Source: Eukaryota sp. TZLM1-RC (taxonomy: Eukaryota > Protista > Metamonada: BaSk clade). From it: a stretch of DNA of 64,000 nucleotides. The position numbers were made by a program, and so were the translations under genes. The notes beneath the pieces are model-generated. The model searched no databases, was not told the DNA's origin, and was given only the letters and a program-made list of their open reading frames with translations. Location of the stretch: assembly GCA_040285825.1 (NCBI GenBank), contig JAUPSS010000001.1, positions 1,426,001 through 1,490,000 of the forward strand, in the 5' to 3' direction. Every line of letters begins with the position of its first letter. Position 1 is the first letter of the stretch. Positions 43,141 to 54,654 of the stretch are shown one piece after another.

Positions 43141-45408
43141 ATGTCCAACCAACAATCATTGTACTCTCCTGACATAGAAATCAGTGGCAAAGATTCATCT
43201 CGTTTAGCTTCCCATTACCAATCCCAATCCCCAGTTTTAACTGAGGTTGATTTTTGTTATGGTATCAACCATTCCTCACAACCTGCTGACCACATTTCTT
43301 CTGCTGAGGAAGATTCATCTCGATCTTCCTTTTACTCTCTTGCGTGTCATCCCATGTCCCAGTCTCCCTTTACTATCCCTCTTTCATTGCGGCAATTGCA
43401 CAGAGTACGTCATGACCATGATAGTTCGGCCGATATACTGCCCGATCGATCGGATTTAGTGGTTGGAGTCAAGTGTATTTCAAGCAGTTATGGCCATAGC
43501 CTCCTCCTTACTTGTTATGGTGAGGTGTTTGGTTGGGGGTATAATAGTTATAGTCAAGTTTTATATAATGGACGGGAAGCAATCAAATCACCAATCAAAA
43601 TACCATTAACTAACATCATTTCTATTTCGGCTGGTTTCAATCACTCCCTTGCCATTTCTTCTGAAGGTAAGTTATATGGTTGGGGTTGGAATAGGTTCAA
43701 TCAAATTAATATGTCCAGCAGTAGTATTCTCCCAATTACTTTAATAAGCATTCCTTTTAATGTTAAGGAAATTTATAATGGGGCTTGTTTTTCATTAGCT
43801 CTGACCCAGGAAGGTCAAGTTATTAAATGGGAAAGTGTTTGTTCTTTTCGATTAATTGAAGAATTAAATAATATTGCCGACATTAGTTCATTTATCGCAA
43901 TTGATTCTATCGGCAATTTTTTCTATTACAGTGGGAGGCGTTTCACCAAGATACCAGTTACTCAGTATTTAACTCCAAGAACACCGTTTAAGGGTTCTGT
44001 TTCATTAGTTCGAGGAGGTTTTCGAAATAAAGATGAAATATTAGTAGTTGATATAAATGGTGATGTATGGCAGTTTATCAATGTTTCTAACAAAGATTCT
44101 TTTAATAACAAACCCATCAAAGTTAAAGGGTTAACTAACATTGTTTCTATTCATTTTTATAGCGGTGTAATTGCTACTATTAATGTTGATGGTAAAGTTT
44201 TTGTGTGGGGTAGTTTAAGCAGAATAAGCGATTTTTATAAAGATTGTGATGAACCAATTTGTCTTGAAGCTTTCACTAATATAGAAGGTATTTCTGTAGG
44301 TGAAAACTTTCTTTTTGCCTACAACAAAAACACTGTTTGGGCTTGGGGAAGGAATGATAAAGGTCAATTAGGTACAGGTGATCTGATTGATCGACCACAA
44401 CCTGTCAAAGTATTTGGTTCTGAAATACTTGGCAGTTTTCAATATCCAAAACAACCTGTGGATAGAATGTTTAGTGGTCTACTTAAGCTTGTTTATTGGG
44501 AATATTTAAATTATTTTACTGAGGCATTTTATGATCCGTCGTATGTTAAAGCAAGGTTTTCTTCCAAATGTGGTATTAGTAAAAGGGTAGCCAAACTTGC
44601 CAAAGAAGTGTTTAATGCTCATTCAATTCAAAATACGATATTTTTAAATGATCCTCAAGATTTAAATTTAAATGAAAATGTTTGTTTTTTGCAATTGCGG
44701 TTAATAACCCACATCCAAAGTTATTCGGGAAATAATACTAGAATTAAACTACTTGATTCTTGCCTTAATGATGTAGCTTTTGATCCACAATTGTTTTCCA
44801 TGTTCCCAAATGTTGAGTTGGTCAAGATCAAGCTTGGTCGAAGGTTGAGAAAAGATAAGTTTAGATTAAATTTGACACATTTATCGAAACTGAAAAGTCT
44901 AGATCTTGATTTTCCGTTCGTTGTAGAACAATTACCCACTTCACTAGTGAAGCTAGTTCTTCAATATGTACATAATGTTTATGATTTAGGCTATCTTACT
45001 TCCTTAAAAGAGTTGGTGGTATCTTGTGATCGTGTTTCAAACAGAATACTATGTGGAGAAATAGGTTTACCTCCGTCCATTGTTAGATTAGAAGCACGGT
45101 TCATCAGTCGTGTAAATGTTGAAATTCAATTACCAAATCTGAAGGAATTGATAATTCATTGTAAAATTGCTCCCAATATCACCGAACAAAACTTTCCTTA
45201 TCTGAAATTCATTCAATTTATTACACTTGATGAAGAAACTCTTTTAAATTCTACCCTGTCTCCAACAAAATTTATTGATCAAGGTTTAATTAAATCTGTT
45301 AAACTAGTCAAGAATGAATATTTAGTAGAATTGTCTTGTTTTCCATGGTGGATTCAGTATCCAGCCAACAGGTATTTCATTGATATCTTCAGCATCATTA
45401 AATTATAG
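43141..45408 (+). CDS. RCC1-repeat + C-terminal LRR-like protein (copy 2, inverted paralog)
   Basis: Colinear with 39147..41426; homology starts ~27 bp upstream of ATG 43141 (ORF open from 43048). Confidence 0.88.
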   Translation: MSNQQSLYSPDIEISGKDSSRLASHYQSQSPVLTEVDFCYGINHSSQPADHISSAEEDSSRSSFYSLACHPMSQSPFTIPLSLRQLHRVRHDHDSSADILPDRSDLVVGVKCISSSYGHSLLLTCYGEVFGWGYNSYSQVLYNGREAIKSPIKIPLTNIISISAGFNHSLAISSEGKLYGWGWNRFNQINMSSSSILPITLISIPFNVKEIYNGACFSLALTQEGQVIKWESVCSFRLIEELNNIADISSFIAIDSIGNFFYYSGRRFTKIPVTQYLTPRTPFKGSVSLVRGGFRNKDEILVVDINGDVWQFINVSNKDSFNNKPIKVKGLTNIVSIHFYSGVIATINVDGKVFVWGSLSRISDFYKDCDEPICLEAFTNIEGISVGENFLFAYNKNTVWAWGRNDKGQLGTGDLIDRPQPVKVFGSEILGSFQYPKQPVDRMFSGLLKLVYWEYLNYFTEAFYDPSYVKARFSSKCGISKRVAKLAKEVFNAHSIQNTIFLNDPQDLNLNENVCFLQLRLITHIQSYSGNNTRIKLLDSCLNDVAFDPQLFSMFPNVELVKIKLGRRLRKDKFRLNLTHLSKLKSLDLDFPFVVEQLPTSLVKLVLQYVHNVYDLGYLTSLKELVVSCDRVSNRILCGEIGLPPSIVRLEARFISRVNVEIQLPNLKELIIHCKIAPNITEQNFPYLKFIQFITLDEETLLNSTLSPTKFIDQGLIKSVKLVKNEYLVELSCFPWWIQYPANRYFIDIFSIIKL

Positions 45409-45964
45409 TGTTATCCATTGATCGTCTAATTAAAGAAAAATAATAATCTTTTTTTTACTATAATGAATTTCTGAATTTTCCGAATTTCATCATTTGATAA
45501 ATATTGTTTTTAATATTGTACATCGAATGATCTCAATATATTTTACACATTTGGACTGATATTGTTGTTCGATTCAAGAAAAGTTCTATTTATGTTTTTA
45601 CACATCTGCAAAATTCAAATTTCTAAACATTCCATATAACTGGAACGACAAAATGACAATTTGCCCACTACTCTTTTTTTCTCTACAAAATGTCTTCACC
45701 TGTTATCAGTGCTTTTTCGACGTCTCTCCAAATAATGCTTCTTAAAGTTGACGCTAATCCAGTTGCTGATGTTGACAAAGGATTTTTGTTTTCAACGAAG
45801 CTGAAGTGAATTTTTAATTAAGTTTTTTCTTTCAGTATTTGATTGAGAGTTTTCATGATGTAGATTTTGAGAATCAAATACTCAATATGGTATTTTATTA
45901 TTGAATATTGGTGAGTTTCTCAGAAAACATCAATTATTTCGTATATTTTTTAAAAGAACTTTAT

Positions 45965-46360
45965 ACTAAGTTTTTATTAAACCAAAAAAAATTATCTCAA
46001 ATTCAATAATCTCGCAACAACCATCGCTATTACTAAACCTACTCACAGCATTTCGTTCATATTCCACACCAATAGCTAAAAGCGCCTTTGAAATCATTGT
46101 TGGAATAGCCTTAAAAACGCAAAAAGCAATTATATTTAACCAGTAAGAAGTGTTTAGTTTTTTGCGAAAAGTATTCTGCAGAATTGTTTTAAAATTTTTA
46201 AAAAAATCCAATCCTGTGGTCCAATACTGCCAAATAGGGAAATAGTAAAAGGTACAAACTGATATTTGACAAGTTCAACACTACCCAATTATGATAATGG
46301 TCATCGAATTTCTGGGAATACTAAATCTGCTCTTCTGTTATCAAAGGAGTCATCAGTTAA
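45965..46360 (-). mobile_element. CRE-like 3' fragment (same family as 54655..55755)
   Basis: FKAIPTMISKALLAIGVEYERNAVSRF matches the C-terminus of the 55020 ORF. Confidence 0.8.
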
Positions 46361-47015
46361 AACTGTGGGATGTGTTCTTCGGGGCCAGTTTCTTCCACAG
46401 GCGTCTTTTCTTTGTCTTCTTCTGATGCAGATTCAACTGTTGTGTACTGCCCAGTAGAGCCGTAAATTCACTCAAAAAGATCTATTATCCACAATGCAGT
46501 TCGTGATTGTGTTTATGATCTTTTAAAATGTGCTCAACATCCAGTTCGTTATGAATCACTGTTTGGTAAATTAAATTTCAGTTTGACCCAAAAACGACGT
46601 GACATACAATGTACATGGTATGTTGGAACCGAACTAACTATCTATTGTACTGCCATAGCTCCGTGGAAAATGAAATTAATCCTCAAATGTGTACTTGCTT
46701 CAACTTCACTTATACGAACCAACTGTAATGACAATCTTTGAGAAATGGCAATCTACTGGTTTCGATACGCATGTTTATTGTATTTCTTTTTCGTTGAAGT
46801 CGTGAGTGTTTACGGGATTTAATTTTCGTCCCTTGAACCATACTGTAATTTGCAACAACACAGCGAAAAGACGCCATTGTGTTATGCCATTCAAGCACTA
46901 TTTAATAATTCTTTCATGGAAAAACATATAAAAACGAAAACTAAGTGTAAACAAATATTAAAAAAGCCACAAAAAACCATTTATTATTCAGAAGTCCGAA
47001 ACTCTTAGCTAAAAT

Positions 47016-47501
47016 CTACATTATTCCACTACGAATCTCAGATACTCTCTTACCCATTGATGACTTGTAAAAGAACGAATGTACCAAACACAAGAGCGAT
47101 CCAAACCCTAACCAGCGGATGACAGAGAAGAGGGCTTTCAACTTGTTATTAACGAACATCGCGAGGACAAAAGAAACGATGAGGACCAGATGTTGTGGGT
47201 AGACTCTGAACTGCCCCATAGTATACAAATGGTGGTGGACAGTCGCTTGAAAGTAGATGAACATCCCGATAGAGAGTCCAAGGAGGGCAAACACGACTGG
47301 GTTCTTGACAATGACAATGATAGTGCAAACGACGAGGAGGAGGACGTAGTTTGACCAGAAGAACTGTACGTTGTTATGTATTATGTTCTTTAGGTTGCCA
47401 TTAGGCCAGTCGAACTTGCGGAAGAAGTCGTGGGGAGAGCGAAGATCCTTCTTCCATTTTGATAGGAAGTGGTTGATATCAGAAAGAAGTGCTTGAGACA
47501 T
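47016..47501 (-). CDS. PRA1 (prenylated Rab acceptor) family membrane protein
   Basis: LRSPHDFF..F..P....I..N...F.SNY motif, two long hydrophobic hairpins, late H residue (LVHSFF); 161 aa. Confidence 0.75.
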   Translation of the reverse strand: MSQALLSDINHFLSKWKKDLRSPHDFFRKFDWPNGNLKNIIHNNVQFFWSNYVLLLVVCTIIVIVKNPVVFALLGLSIGMFIYFQATVHHHLYTMGQFRVYPQHLVLIVSFVLAMFVNNKLKALFSVIRWLGFGSLLCLVHSFFYKSSMGKRVSEIRSGIM

Positions 47502-47571
47502 CGGCTAATATCACAAAAATGTCAAATAGCAGTAACCCGTTGAGATTACTGGAAGATGAAGATGAAATGAT

Positions 47572-48920
47572 TCAAGATCTTTTCAAAACTTGACATCTTT
47601 CATTTCCATTAAGATACTGATTCACAACATGAATCATATTAAGAACATCATTGACATTACGATTCCACGACATCCACACTTCTTGCAAGTGAGTAATCCA
47701 TGTCTAAGGACCGTTGGAGTCTTTGCTCTCCTGTAAGATCTTGGGTTAGGTACTCGATGCTTCTTTACATTTTTCGCCTTCTTTTCCCTCGAGTACACAT
47801 GCATGGCATCGACAACTTGTTCTATATTCGCCCAGCAGCAATAGACGAAAGTTGCGTTTTTTAAACATCTTTCGATAACCAACATTATCTGTAGGTGCTT
47901 GATGTTTAAAATTGGTTTGCTTCCAATCACCCATCACTCCAAAGTTATCTTCAGGTCCTCCAAATTCATTTTCAAATTCATTCATCCATTTTGCTTCAAA
48001 CCTCACTGTGGTCATGAATCTTCGCAGTGTCATGACTCTCAATTCTTTAATAAAGTAAAAAGCTCCAACATGGAGAGAAGAGTGTTTTTTTGCCTAGTTT
48101 AAGATTTCTTCATGTTCTACAGTTTTTTTGAAGATTGTTTTAATTCTTCATGTTCTACAGTTTTTTTTGAAGATTGTTTTAATTCTTCTTCCCATTCATT
48201 TACAGTTTTGTTTTGGTAAATCCATGATTCTTTAGCATCCTTACAGAACTTTTGATGGTCTTTGAATTTTCAGAGTTTCTCATCTTCTTTGAGTAGCAGT
48301 GAGCCTCTTGAAGGTATATTCCTTTAGTGTTGTTTTCTTGTTTTCATTTCGAGGAGGATGATTTTGTTTTGGCACGAAGCCTAGAATCTTTTTTTGTTTT
48401 CTTTTCATTCTGTTAATAAAACCTCTAATTATTCCTTTGTTTTTTTCATGACACCATTCGTTTCATTCTAATCGTGAGTCTGTTGGGGTTGAGTGTGGTT
48501 CAGTTTACTGTTTGGATTTGGGCAACTTAATTTCGTTTCCCAGCCATCAATGGCTCTCTAATGCCGGAGTCAATTACTGCGAAGGTAATATTTATCAGCT
48601 CATCCCGTAGAAAAATCAGTCAAATAAGGAACTTTTTCATCTTGTTCGGGCATATTAAGGCGACTCTTCCCAACTTTTTCTTTTCTTATAATGTGTAAAG
48701 AAGAACTTACAGCATCAATTCTTATGGAAAAATTAAAACAGTGATCTTTTTCTTGAAATCCCTTTCACCTGTTCGAAAAATATATTTGCAATATTGATGT
48801 TAAAATTTTCAATACTCTCTCCAATAGATTCACAATTTCTCGGGTAATTCGATTCATCAGACATCAAAATTCTGTAAATTGCCTGTGTGTTCATGCAAAA
48901 CAAAAATCAGAAAGCATGCT
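47572..48920 (-). pseudogene. Fanzor (eukaryotic TnpB-like RNA-guided nuclease) pseudogene
   Basis: Broken frames give, in order: FNFSIRIDAVSSS (TDG-like), FAVIDSG (RuvC-I DPG-like), TATQRR, WEEEL, FGGPED..GDW, LLGEYRTSCRCHAC (RuvC-II + Zn), NPR..HGLLTCKKC, WNRNVNDVLNM (RuvC-III NRD-like), NGNER..LKRS*. Confidence 0.85.
48107..48188. repeat. Approximately 40-bp tandem duplication inside the Fanzor relic
   Basis: TTCTTCATGTTCTACAGTTTTTTTGAAGATTGTTTTAA occurs twice. Confidence 0.85.
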
Positions 48921-49139
48921 GAGGAATTTACGAGGTCTGAAGTTGAAATCAATTCTTCTTAATTGGATGTAACCTTTTCAAATTTAAGTAGCAAATTGCC
49001 TTAAAAAAACAAAAACAAAGGTCTAAACATTTTAGAGGGTCATCCATCACGATATAATTATTTCTTATGAATTAAACGCAAATCTACATTTACATTGAAT
49101 AATAATAAATGTAGAGGCAAGGTTCTAGCTAACAATAAC

Positions 49140-49860
49140 TGTTTCAATTCATCCATTATCTGGCAAACATGTTTTCCGCTTTTGAAGCTTTTTCCGAATT
49201 AAAAGAAAAATTCCGAGAGATAGATATTGTAGCATATATGGATGACATTTCTGTAATTTCTCCTATTACAATTCTGAAACAAATAGCAACTTTTATTCAA
49301 CAGCGTTATGAAGATATTGGTCTCTCATTGAATATCACCAAATGTTTGATTATTGGCCATGAACCAATTGATTTTTTCATTAATGATGTCAATATCCCCT
49401 TTATCAATTATGATCACTCTGTTTTTCGTTTTTTGGGTTGTTATCTCGAAAATATTGATGAAGTCAAAGGCCAACTTTCGACTCTGTTGACTGTATTTGG
49501 AAATGAATTAGAATCAATAGGAAATATAAATATTGAAAAACATTAGAAATTCTTTTTCCTAAAAATTTGTTATTCTGGAAAACTTACTCCTATTTTGAGA
49601 TCAACATCACCATCAATTTCTTTGGAGTTTTGTCGAATTTTTAATGAACAAAGAACCAATTCTTTAGCAAAATTAATGGAAATTGATGCATCTCAGTTAC
49701 CAAGCCACATTTTTTGTGGTACAAATTGTGGTGGTGTTGATTTTCATAAATCAAGCTACCTTTGTAAAGCTGCCTTTATTGGAGGTGGTACAAATTTTAT
49801 TTATGTATTTGTGAATCGTTTTCCAATGACTTCAGATGTTCTTTTCAATAGTCAACAACA
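49140..49860 (+). mobile_element. CRE-like RT/thumb fragment
   Basis: IVAYMDDI, FRFLGC and IEKH..KICYSGK motifs. Confidence 0.8.
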
Positions 49861-52800
49861 TCAATATATTTTCAATTTGGATTTCAAAAATGCTTTCAAT
49901 TGTGAAACGTAATTGTATTTTTGATGTGCTTCTTCATGATTTTCCTGAACTTTCTGCATATTTTTATTTATTTTATGGAAAAAAATCAGACTTAATTTTT
50001 GACTCCTTTACCCTTGAATCTTCTTCTGGTGTGAAACAAGGTGATCCTCTTGGCCCTTTGCTTTTTTGTTTGGCTATTCATAATATTATTAAAATGACGC
50101 AACAAGATTTCCCTGATTTGCGTATTGTTGCCTATATGGATGTTATTTCTATTATTGGTTCTTTTGAAAGCATTTTTAGGGTCTCTGAAAACATTGTGGC
50201 GAAATACAAAGAAATTGGATTAGCTTTGAACCCATCTAAATGTCTCTTGATTGGTAGAGAAAAATTATTGATGATTGGTGGAGCTCAGATTCCTTTTATC
50301 AATTATGACCAACAAGCTTTTAAGTTTCTTGGATGTTGGCTTGGCAATTTGGATGAAATTTATTTCCAGTTAAACAATTTATTGGAGAAGTTTGACAAGG
50401 ATCTTAGTTTTATTGCTGGATGCGACATTGAGAAACACATCAAATTTCTTATTTCAAAAATTTGTTATTCTGGAAAATTCACTCATATTTTAAGTTCAAC
50501 TCCCCCATCGGTATCTCTCAATTTTTGCAGATCTTTTAACAAACTTCGAGTCAAATTTTTTTCTTCTTTATTAGAAGTAAATGAATCTTTAATTCGAAGT
50601 CATGTATTTTGTTCAGCAGATTTGGGTGGAATTGGATTCACCAAATCTTCGATTCTGTATAAAGCAGCATTTTTGGAAGGTGGTAAAAATTTTGTTTTTG
50701 AATTTTTCCAAAGGTTCCCTTTTGATGTTCATCTGATCAATGGTGAATCAAATTTTTATTTGAATCAACTTCAAATCGAATTAGATATTTTGCCTAGTGA
50801 TATCTGGATTCAGTGTATTTCTCAAAATTTTCAAGAAATTCCCACCGGATCACTTCCAAATTTACGTTTTTGCTTGAAAAAGCTTCAGCACCATCTGGTT
50901 AAATTATATGAAGGCTTGGATTATGAAGTAAGACTTGGCTTGGCCAAAACTAAAAATCCCGCTTTCGGTAATTTTTTAAAGGATATTCGTGATAGTTCAG
51001 CTGCTGCTTTAGTAACTCAAGTTCCCTCTGTTTATGGATTTTTGTTAAAAGACAATGAATGGCTTCTAAACATGCGTTTTCGTTGTTTTCTGTGGCCAAA
51101 CAATTTGCCCAATCATTTAACTTGTAAATGTGGTAAACCTCTTTTGTTTACTCATCTATTGAACTGTAAACATTTCATTACGTTTAGAAGCAAAGTGCAT
51201 AATAACGTAAGGGACCAAATTTATGTAATGTGCAAATCATATCGAGTTTGTTTTGCAGATTTTTTTTAAATAAATTTAATTTTATTCTAATCCTATAAAT
51301 CAACATCTAAAAAATCCATCTCTCCCAAAACAAAAACACTAGATGCAACTCTCTCATAGTGAGATCCAAGAGAAAGCAAAGCATCAGAAACCATCTTCAA
51401 CATCCCCTTAAAAACAGAAAACACAATTCTATTTTGCCAAAACAATCTGTTGAAATTTCTGCCAGTTCTTCTCTTTACAATCACTTCAAAATCATCCAAA
51501 AAACGTAAAGCAGTTGGTGGAAGTGAACCAAAAATGGAAAATACAAATGGATACAAATTGTATTTTGCATGCTGTAGACTGGCCAATTTGGACAAAGGTT
51601 CATTGTATTTTTTGAATTTATAATTTTCAGCATTTGAAAGGGGATTATGAATTTCAGAATTAACAAGCCTTTCATTCGAGGCATTACAAGGATCAACAGA
51701 CATTACATCCAATAAAATGAAGCTTCCATCTAATCCAGGTAATATGACATCACCTCTATTATTCTTATGAAAATCATTTTCAGCATCAAACAGATTTGAC
51801 AACAGAGGTTCCAAGAAGGATTCAATTCAATGAGATTTACACATACAATATAACTGGTCTCTTACAGCATCATGAACCTTGCTTCTAAAAGTAATCAAAT
51901 GTTTACAATTTAACAAATGAGTAGTTGTAATTTCTCGAGAACATTTACAAATTAAATTATGAGGTAAATTATCAGGCCAGATAAAGGAACAAAATCTCAT
52001 ATTCAGAGTCCAAGCAGAATCGGATAAGAGAGTACCATAAACTTGTGGAATTGTTGTTACTAAGGCAGAAGAAGTACTGTCACACATATCGTGTAAAAGA
52101 TTTGCAAAAGCGGGATTCTTTTTCTTGGACAAGCCAAGTCTAACATCAAAATCCAAGCTTTCAAAAATCTTTGACAATTTTTGTTGAAGCTTTTTACAGC
52201 AAAACTGTAAATTAAATAGAGATCGGTTTGGAATTTCTTGAATTGATTGAGGAAAACATTTGGTCCAAATTTGTGGCGGCAATTTTTCAAGTTCACAAGA
52301 TAACTCATACAAATAGGGACTACAATTGGGGACTAACAGATGAGAATCATCAGGAAATCTACGAGAAAATTCATAAATAAAATTTTTGCCACCACCCAAG
52401 AATGCTGATTGACACAAAATTGAAGATTTAGTAAATCCAATACCCCCAAATTTGCTGAAGAAAATCAGTGACTTTTCAACATTCCTGGTTCTACATCCAA
52501 TAAATCAGCAAAAAATTCTGTTCTCAATGAGTTGAATGAACGACAAAAATCTAATGCTATGGAAGGAGCACAAGATCTCAAAATGTGGGTTATTCTCCCA
52601 GTGTAGCCAATTTTAAGCATGAAAAATTTAATATGCTTTTCTATATCTAAAGAAGAAATTGAATCAAGTTCAATTTTCATTTTTTCCAAAATAACTTGCA
52701 ATTCATTATGAATTTGAGGCACAATTCCTAACCAACAACCAAGGAACTTAAAAGCATCACTACTATAATTAGATAAAGGGACAATAGAATCGTTTATCAC

Positions 52801-54650
52801 GAGGTACTGAGCAGATGAGCCAATCAGAAGGCATTTGCTGGCATTAAGGTGAAGCCCAATATTTTCATATGAATCTGCAATTTCTTGAGCAACCAATTCT
52901 AGTAACTCAAATGAACCAATGAAGGATATATCATCCATATAAGCAACTATTTTTATGGAAGGGTATTTTTGCTTAATGATATTTAAAGTTTTGTGAATAG
53001 CTAAACAAAACAATAATGGACCTAAAGGATCACCTTGCTTCACACCAGAAGATGATTTAAGACCAAATGAATTAAAAATCAAATCTGATTCTTTCCCATC
53101 AAAATGGTAAAAAAAACTCGATAGCTCAGGAAAATCAGATTTAATAACTTCAAAAATTGCTTCTCGCTTTACAGAATTAAAAGCATTTTTAAAGTCGAGA
53201 TTAAAAATAAAATTATTTTCCTCTGCATTGAAAAAGGTATCAGAGGCAATAGCAGCAACAGAAGCACCATCAATTGTTTTGATTCCAAATTGATGAGGAT
53301 TTAAAAATGTAGAAGCTTTGTCTTTGACACGATCGAAGACAATTGATGCCAGCAAACGAGAAAGAGATTCACCAACAGCAATTGGGCGTATTTCATCAGG
53401 TTTGATTCCGTTTCCAGGCTTTACTAAAGCAATCAGACGTGCTGCGAGTAATTCAAATGGAGGATTAATTTTCAAAACAATTAATTGTTGAAAATAATGG
53501 GCTAGATCATCAGCAATTTCGGGAGCACTGGAACACGCTATTTTTAAGAGATCAAAAGAAATTCCAGATGGGCCTACTGCTTTCCCCTTTGGTAATTTTT
53601 GAATAGCTTTAAGAACTTCATATCTTCAATCATATCGAGTAGAAATTCCCACCCGATCACTTCCAAATTTACGTTTTTGCTTAAAAAAGCTTCAGCACCA
53701 TCTAGTTAAATTATATGAAGGCTTCGATTATGAAGTAAGACTTGGCTTGGCCAATACTAAAAATCACGCTTTCGGTTATTTTTTAAAGGATATTCGTGAT
53801 AGTTCTGCTGCTGCTTTAGTAACTCAAGTTCCCTCTGTTTATGGACTTTTGTTAAAAAACAATGAATGGCTTCTAAACATGCGTTTTCGTTGTTTTCTGT
53901 GGCCAAACAATTTGCCCAATCATTTAACTTGTAAATGTGGTAAACCTCTTTTGTTTACTCATCTTTTGAACTGTAAACATTTCATTACGTTTAGAAGCAA
54001 AGTGCATAATAACGTCAGGGACCAAATTTATGTAATGTGCAAATCATATCGTGTAGATTCCTTTTTAGAACCGCTGTTATCAAAATTAATTCTTGATGAT
54101 CCCAATATTGATAGTACGCGTTACAACAGAGCTTCTATGGGTCTGACTAGAGGTGATAAAGTTGTTCCTGGTTTAAATGGTAGTTTTACTATTTTGGACG
54201 CCATGTCTGTTGACCCTTGTAATTCCTCTAACGAACATTTCATTAACTCGGATGTAAGTAATCCTCTTCTTGCAGGCGAAAAATATAAAATTGCTAAATA
54301 TGCGAAACCCATTTCCTCGGTTAATGAAAATTCTCATGCCCAATATAATTTATGTCCATTTGTTTTTTCTTTGCTTGGATCTCTAGGTAAGGCTGCTATG
54401 GCTTTCATTGAGGATTTTGTTGTAGTTGTAAAGGAAAGAACTGGAAGAATTTTCAATAGTGTTTACTGGCAAAACAGGATTGTATTTTCTATTTTTAAGG
54501 GAATGGTAACACTAATTTCTGATTCACTATCTTCTTTTGGGAAATTTTCTGAATCTTTAGCGATTAATTGTTTTGATGTAGGGGAGGCAGGTTATGAGGA
54601 TGTGGAGTTTTAATCGTGTATTTCATATTTTTTTTAAATAAAAATAAATA
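49860..54650 (+). mobile_element. CRE-like non-LTR element (RT to 3' end) with a nested antisense insertion and a ~410-bp internal duplication
   Basis: DFKNAFN, GVKQGDPLGPLLF, AYMDV; ORF 53747..54613 gives the CCHC + endonuclease ending YEDVEF*. 50834..51247 is repeated at 53641..54054 with a few SNPs. Confidence 0.88.
51248..53627 (-). mobile_element. 5'-truncated CRE-like non-LTR element with 13-bp TSD
   Basis: TSD AATCATATCGAGT at 51235-51247 and 53628-53640. RPIAVGE, QGDPLGP, YMDD, CKC..HLLNC and RGD..LDV..KY motifs. Ends LDVDL* plus an A-rich tail. Confidence 0.92.
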
Positions 54651-54654
54651 AGGT

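Noticed and set aside
29147-53640. Common AATCA target in the two non-LTR TSDs
   Set aside because: The insertions are in opposite orientations, so in element orientation the targets do not match.
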